NCBI GenBank assembly: GCA_020137815.1
Contig: CM035358.1
Location: 3,906,001 to 3,970,000 of the forward strand
Length of the DNA stretch: 64,000 nucleotides
Direction: 5' to 3'
Source: Hormiphora californensis
Lineage: Eukaryota > Animalia > Ctenophora
The notes beneath the pieces were generated by a model. That model was not told the origin of the DNA. It saw nothing but the letters and a program-made list of their open reading frames with translations, and did not search any database. Shown one piece after another: positions 58,667 through 64,000 of the stretch (position 1 is its first letter; the number at the start of each line of letters is the position of its first letter). Position numbers and translations under genes: made by a program.

Positions 58667-59396
58667 TCAATTATCAGTGGTCCCTGGCGCTTCCACCACC
58701 TCCTTCCCACGAATGAAGTTATGTTTTCCAGGAGACCTGTGCACCATTTTCTTCAGTCGATCAAAAAGCTGTCTTCTCTCATTTCGTTCCTCCAAAGTCC
58801 TGTCAGGCGAAATGTAGACTTTATCGAACTTGCCGGTCCTTTTTAGTCGGGATTTTTTCGACAGGATCGACATCTGAGCGTCTCTGCTCTTCAGTACGAC
58901 TTTCACTGGTCTGACAGTTAAAGACTGCCTTCCCAAGCGCTTCACTGATTTCACGTTCTGAGTCTCTTCTAGCTCAACAAGAAGAGACTCAACTTGAGTT
59001 TCAAGCTCAACGCTACTATTTATTGACTCTTCCAGGCCATGGATGATGGTGTTACACCCACGGTCTTCAGAGCTCCTTTTCGCACTCTCTCACCATCATA
59101 CTTTTAGAATCCTTGTCACACAACTAGACTTTTGAATTAGTGGAAATGTCTGTTCAAGCTAAATACCACACGCCCTCTTAGTAAGATCTAAAAGCCTTTT
59201 CTTCGACAGCGTAGACGGAACCTCCAAATCATCCCAGGTAGACCTTGGTGGAGGATCAGTTCCATATCTTACTGCCTCTGGGTTACTGTATCCAAACCCT
59301 AAACACTCCGAGAACAAGTCTTTTACCCAATATACTGTATCACTTTGGCAGCAGTTGACATTCCTCCTATCAATATCAGTAGCTGGAATCGCAGGA
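58667..59396 (-). pseudogene. Degenerate LINE ORF1, homologous to 22974-23933
   Basis: CNTIIHGL...KRLG...RPVKVVL...VYISPDRTLEER; the upstream part (STWDDLEVPS) is separated by a stop/deletion and interrupted by the Chapaev-like element. Confidence 0.75.
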
Positions 59397-60737
59397 CACG
59401 GCGTGCCTGGTGAAATTTTAACACGACCTAGCATGCAACGGGAAACCACCACTTGTACGTGGTAGCTGAGGGTCTACAGAATGGCGCTACGGTGCGGGAA
59501 AAAACATTCCATTCCCTAAAATCTTTTTTTTTACTTTTATTTGATTTGGGTCAAAATTGGCTATATTAAACGTGGTCCCGAAAAATCCATAATGACTTAG
59601 CACACGAAATATGTCACCCCCACCTATTTGTGCACGTAGAATCGATTGCCGTTGAAGTCGAATCTCTAAAATGACTGTAAAATGGTCAAAAATTGATTTT
59701 TTACCATTTTTTGGAGGTTTTTGGCCCCTAAACCATTAAAAACGTTGAGATAGGAATTTGAAACTAGTGCCAATCGTTAAAATGGTCATTTTTCTACCAA
59801 GAACCAAGTTTTCGTGTATATCCGATTTATGGTTAAATTTGGGCAAATTGTTGAAATCTGCCAACTAGGAGAACCGTAACTTGATTTTCTTGTTTTTTGG
59901 ATTTTGGCATTTTCGACAAACTTCTGATTGAAATGGTCAATCGGGACCATGCTTAAGTTGTTTATGGGACAATTTTCGACTAAAATCCAAGATTTCATAC
60001 CAATCCAATAACAGATCGTTGGTTTATAGAAAATTTAAGTAGGCAAAACGGTCAAAATGACAACTTTTCTTGCTTATTTTCACCGTTTTGCCTACTTAAA
60101 TTTTCTATAAACCAACGATCTGTTATTGGATTGGTATGAAATCTTGGATTTTAGTCGAAAATTGTCCCATAAACAACTTAAGCATGGTCCCGATTGACCA
60201 TTTCAATCAGAAGTTTGTCGAAAATGCCAAAATCCAAAAAACAAGAAAATCAAGTTACGGTTCTCCTAGTTGGCAGATTTCAACAATTTGCCCAAATTTA
60301 ACCATAAATCGGATATACACGAAAACTTGGTTCTTGGTAGAAAAATGACCATTTTAACGATTGGCACTAGTTTCAAATTCCTATCTCAACGTTTTCAATG
60401 GTTTAGGGGCCAAAAACCTCCAAAAAATGGTAAAAAATCAATTTTTGACCATTTTACAGTCATTTTAGAGATTCGACTTCAACGGCAATCGATTCTACGT
60501 GCACAAATAGGTGGGGGTGACATATTTCGTGTGCTAAGTCATTATGGATTTTTCGGGACCACGTTTAATATAGCCAATTTTGACCCAAATCAAATAAAAG
60601 TAAAAAAAAAGATTTTAGGGAATGGAATGTTTTTTCCCGCACCGTAGCGCCATTCTGTAGACCCTCAGCTACCACGTACAAGTGGTGGTTTCCCGTTGCA
60701 TGCTAGGTCGTGTTAAAATTTCACCAGGCACGCCGTG
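59397..60737. mobile_element. 1341-bp foldback element, Chapaev-type (CACGG..CCGTG ends, 4-bp TSD)
   Basis: AGGA|CACGGCGTGCC...GGCACGCCGTG|AGGA; near-identical arms about 59397-60052 and 60082-60737 (identical mirror ORFs). Confidence 0.88.
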
Positions 60738-61639
60738 AGGATTAGCTGTGAGCTGTCCGTTAAATCTGAGGAGTTGCTTCTTCTTCATTATCCGTATTTA
60801 CCATTTTCTTTCTGCCCCTCGTGGGCTGTTACATCAACTTTATCCTCAAATTAATTTGTTTAAAGTAGTGTTGAAAAGTTTGGAAACTGGAAAGCCAAGA
60901 TCAAGATGTTGTCTAAGCACCGAGGGACAACTGACAAGGGGCAACAATTGTTAGGTTTAGAAGTGATGAGCAAGGAAAGGACAACCGAGTTGATAGACCT
61001 GGTAATTTCTTTCATAGCCTCAATTATATTTCAAGTTTGGACAGACAATCCGCTGCGAACGAAACGAGGCACTGTCAGATTTAAATGTCAAAGCAAACGT
61101 AAACTGACGGATTGTGAAATGTGCAAGCTCGTAGTTGTGTGTGTTTGTAGAAGTGTGTTTGTACGTATACAGAGAGAGTGAGAGAGAGAGAGTGAGAGGA
61201 AGAGAGTGAGAGAGAGAGAGAGTGAGAGAGTGAGAGAGGGTGAGAGAGAGTGAGAGAGAGTGAGAGAGGGTGAGAGAGAGAGTGAGAGAGAGGGAGAGTG
61301 AGGGAGGGAGAGAGAGTGAGAGAAAGAGAGAGTGAGTGAGACATAGAGAAGTGAGGCAAAATGACATCTTGCTCACATCCCGGTATGTGAAGTTCAATCA
61401 AACAGGTAGAGGGAGTGTCTCCCTGCAGTATAAGTATAACAGGAACAATGGGTGTGTCTCATCGGTGACGGTCAAAAAACGGGTGCCGGTACGATCTGGG
61501 TGTTTACAGGCCTACTTACAGCTCGGGAGCACGTTGCCAAAAAGCACCCGGGTATAACCAGCACTAAAATGACTTTAATAACAATAACAATAACATTATA
61601 TATATATTTAAATTGCTTTCGAGCTGTCAGAGCAGGAAA

Positions 61640-63000
61640 ACGTTAAAATCTGGGTGCCTTTCATTGCTAACAATTCGTAGTTTTAGCGTGCGCAACGGGT
61701 TAGGGCTATCCGTTAGGGTCTGGTTAGGGTTTGGTTTGGGGTTATCGGTTAGGGCTATCGATTCTCTATCAGTTACCGTTTAGTTTACTCAAATTGGCCA
61801 TGTGGTTGCGTGGCTATAGCCGTTTGAAAAAAGTCGGTCTAAGTGTACTCTATTGGTAGCACACACCTGTAAACACGCTGCAAGGCACCCAGATTATAAT
61901 TGCGCCCGGCAGAGCATTGGCCTGACCATATTCTCATTTCTCTCAAATAAGGAGCGCGTGAGAACTGTGGCCTGACAGCTTTTGAGCTCTATTTTTAAGG
62001 CCGGCGTTAAAATCTGGGTGTTTCGTGAGTGCTGACTGTTTTTTAGGATTAGGGCTAAAGTAGGGTTAGGGTTAGGGTTGGGGTTTGGGTGGGGGTTAGG
62101 CCTTGACATTTCCTACCAGATAAATTTTGAATTAGCCAAAACGGTTGAGTGGTTCGGCGGTTATAGCCGTTTTAGCGAATCAACTTTTTTGGCAGCACGC
62201 ACCTGTAAAGAGGCCACCAAACACCCAGATCGTAACGGCGCTCTATTTTTAACCACCAAACCACTCAACCGTTTTGGCTATTTCAAATCTCAAGCCCTGG
62301 CCCCAACCCAAACGGACCTCAGCCCTAACCCTTCTTAATTAGTCCAACAGCTCCAAACCCTAAACAACCGTGAGTACTGAGTCAGCACTGCTAACACTCT
62401 TGGCAAACGCCGCGGGATAAGGCAGCACTTTTCAACTGACACTCAAAACACCCAGATTTTAACGGACGGCGTTAAAATCTGGGTGTTTTGGGAGTGCTGA
62501 CAAACGGTTTTTTAGGGTTAGGGCTTAAGTAGGGTTAGGGTTAGGGTTGGGGTTTGGGTTGGGGTTAGGCCTTGACATTCCCTACCAGATAAACTTTGAA
62601 TCAGCCAAAATGGTTGAGTGGTTTGGCGGTTAGAGCCATTTTAGTGAATCAACTTTTTTGGCAGCGCACACCTGTAAACAGGCCTCCAAACACCCAGATC
62701 GTAACGGCGCCCGATTTTAACGTTTTCCCTGTTGGCCATGTGGTTGCGTGGCTATAGCCGTTTGAAAAAAGTCGGTCTAAGTGTACTCTATTGGTAGCAC
62801 ACACCTGTAAACACGCTGCAAGGCACCCATATTATAATAGCGCCCGGCAGAGCATTGGCCTGACCCTATTTTCATTTCTCTCAAATAAGGAGCGTGTGAG
62901 AACTGTGGCCTGACAGCTTTTGAGCTCTATTTTTGAGGCCGGCGTTAAAATCTGGGTGTTTCGTGAGTGCTGACAAACTGTTTTTTAGGATTAGGGTTAA
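61640..63000. repeat. Composite repeat array with TTAGGG-like subrepeats and CGTTAAAATCTGGGTG/CACCCAGAT modules
   Basis: 61795-62060 duplicated at ~62733-63000; 62003-62240 duplicated at ~62468-62710; inverted module at ~62250-62465. Confidence 0.75.
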
Positions 63001-64000
63001 GTTCAAGTTCAAGTTCAATTATATTTTTACACAATACATAAAACGTGATGAAATTCCCATCGCGTGGGTCCTCCTTGTCAAATTGTTTATTTACAGTCCC
63101 TTACTTAACATAAAAACATAAACAGCATGAGCAGCAAAACAACATTTACAGCCTCACACAACGTTCTTTCTTCCTGCCTCTCTGAAATCATTTGGGACCG
63201 TCGTGTAGCCACGCACCGGTGGTCTGTCATGGAATTGCTTCATGAATGCACCCAATTTAGCCTTTAACCCAGGAAGTGTGCCTGAAAGAGTAACCTCTCG
63301 AGGGAGTCTGTTCCATAGTTGAGGTGCCCTGAAGCTGAACGAGTTGTACAACTGACCTGCCCATTTGGAATCTGCCCAGTAAGGGTATTTCTGTGTCTTT
63401 GCCTGGACTCCTAACCGGCCAATCTGGAACTCCATTTGCACACAGTTGGGTACTAGCCCGTGATAGATTTTCCAAACGTGTATCATCTCATATCGTTGAC
63501 GTCTTCTCTGGAGGGACATGAGATCCAGCGCCTCTAGACGCTGCCAATAGTCCAGCTCCTTCATCCCTTGGATCTTCCGGGTAAATGCCCGTTGAACGTT
63601 CTCTACTGCCTGGATGTCAGCGATTCTCGTTGGACACCACACCAAACAGCAGTATTCCAAAATGGGTCGAACCAACGCCTTATATAGGGTTAGTAGTACC
63701 TCACGGGATCTACTCCTGAATGCACAGAATATCCATCCTGCCATCATGTTAGCTCTCCTCACAATATCACCAATGTGATGAGTCCACGTACCATCCGCCG
63801 ATAGCCAAACGCCCAAATCTTTTACATGCTGCTCTGGCTCCACCACAGTTCCTCCCGAAGTAACATAGGATAAGGTTTCTGCAGCGAAAGGCAGCTCTCT
63901 CAGGAGTTTAGATCTGCCTAGCGAGTAGTTTACCAGTTGAAATTTTTCCTCGTGAAGTCTCATATTATTAGTCAGAGACCACTGACTCACATTTCCCAAG
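63001..64000 (-). mobile_element. 3' end of a CR1/L2-group LINE (RT C-terminus), continuing beyond the window
   Basis: ORF 63154-63999 with KDLGV, LYKALVRPILEYC..VW.P, SLQRRR; (TTGAAC)3 tail at 63001-63018. Confidence 0.9.

Noticed and set aside
59786-60348. Identical ORFs on opposite strands (also 35681-35875 and 36492-36686)
   Set aside because: Mirror products of the foldback arms, with no protein motifs
61690-63000. True telomere or chromosome-fusion site
   Set aside because: Only 2-3 perfect TTAGGG units at a time, embedded in a dispersed repeat

Overview
Intron-rich, repeat-rich eukaryotic (animal) genomic DNA. It is probably from a ctenophore: I recall the 109-bp CAGGAACCGACCGAA MITE from Pleurobrachia gene models, but this is unverified. 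Host genes: (1) a giant, 5'-incomplete + strand gene (<1-16046) with Cys-Cys-ending dermatopontin-like repeats, about 19 PAN/apple domains and very long Lys/Ser/Gly (KSSK) repeat linkers, whose ~11.8-kb coding block is interrupted by a 1278-bp palindromic TTAA transposon that could be spliced out in frame; (2) a 7-exon class-A GPCR (-); (3) terminal exons of a RING-H2 gene; (4) a fragmentary C2H2-finger gene; (5) a papain/cathepsin C1A gene with a C-terminal ShKT domain and a 10x tandem array of splice acceptors; (6) a cytochrome P450 (-) spanning ~18 kb with an atypical I-helix. Mobile DNA: two head-to-tail RTEX-like LINEs bounded by (CA)n, an ORF1-only LINE bounded by (CT)n, CR1/L2-like LINE ends, four ~1-1.3-kb foldback elements with the termini of four different DNA-transposon superfamilies, and many short MITEs and microsatellites. 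Several single-base frameshifts suggest consensus errors. All calls were made by eye without database searches.
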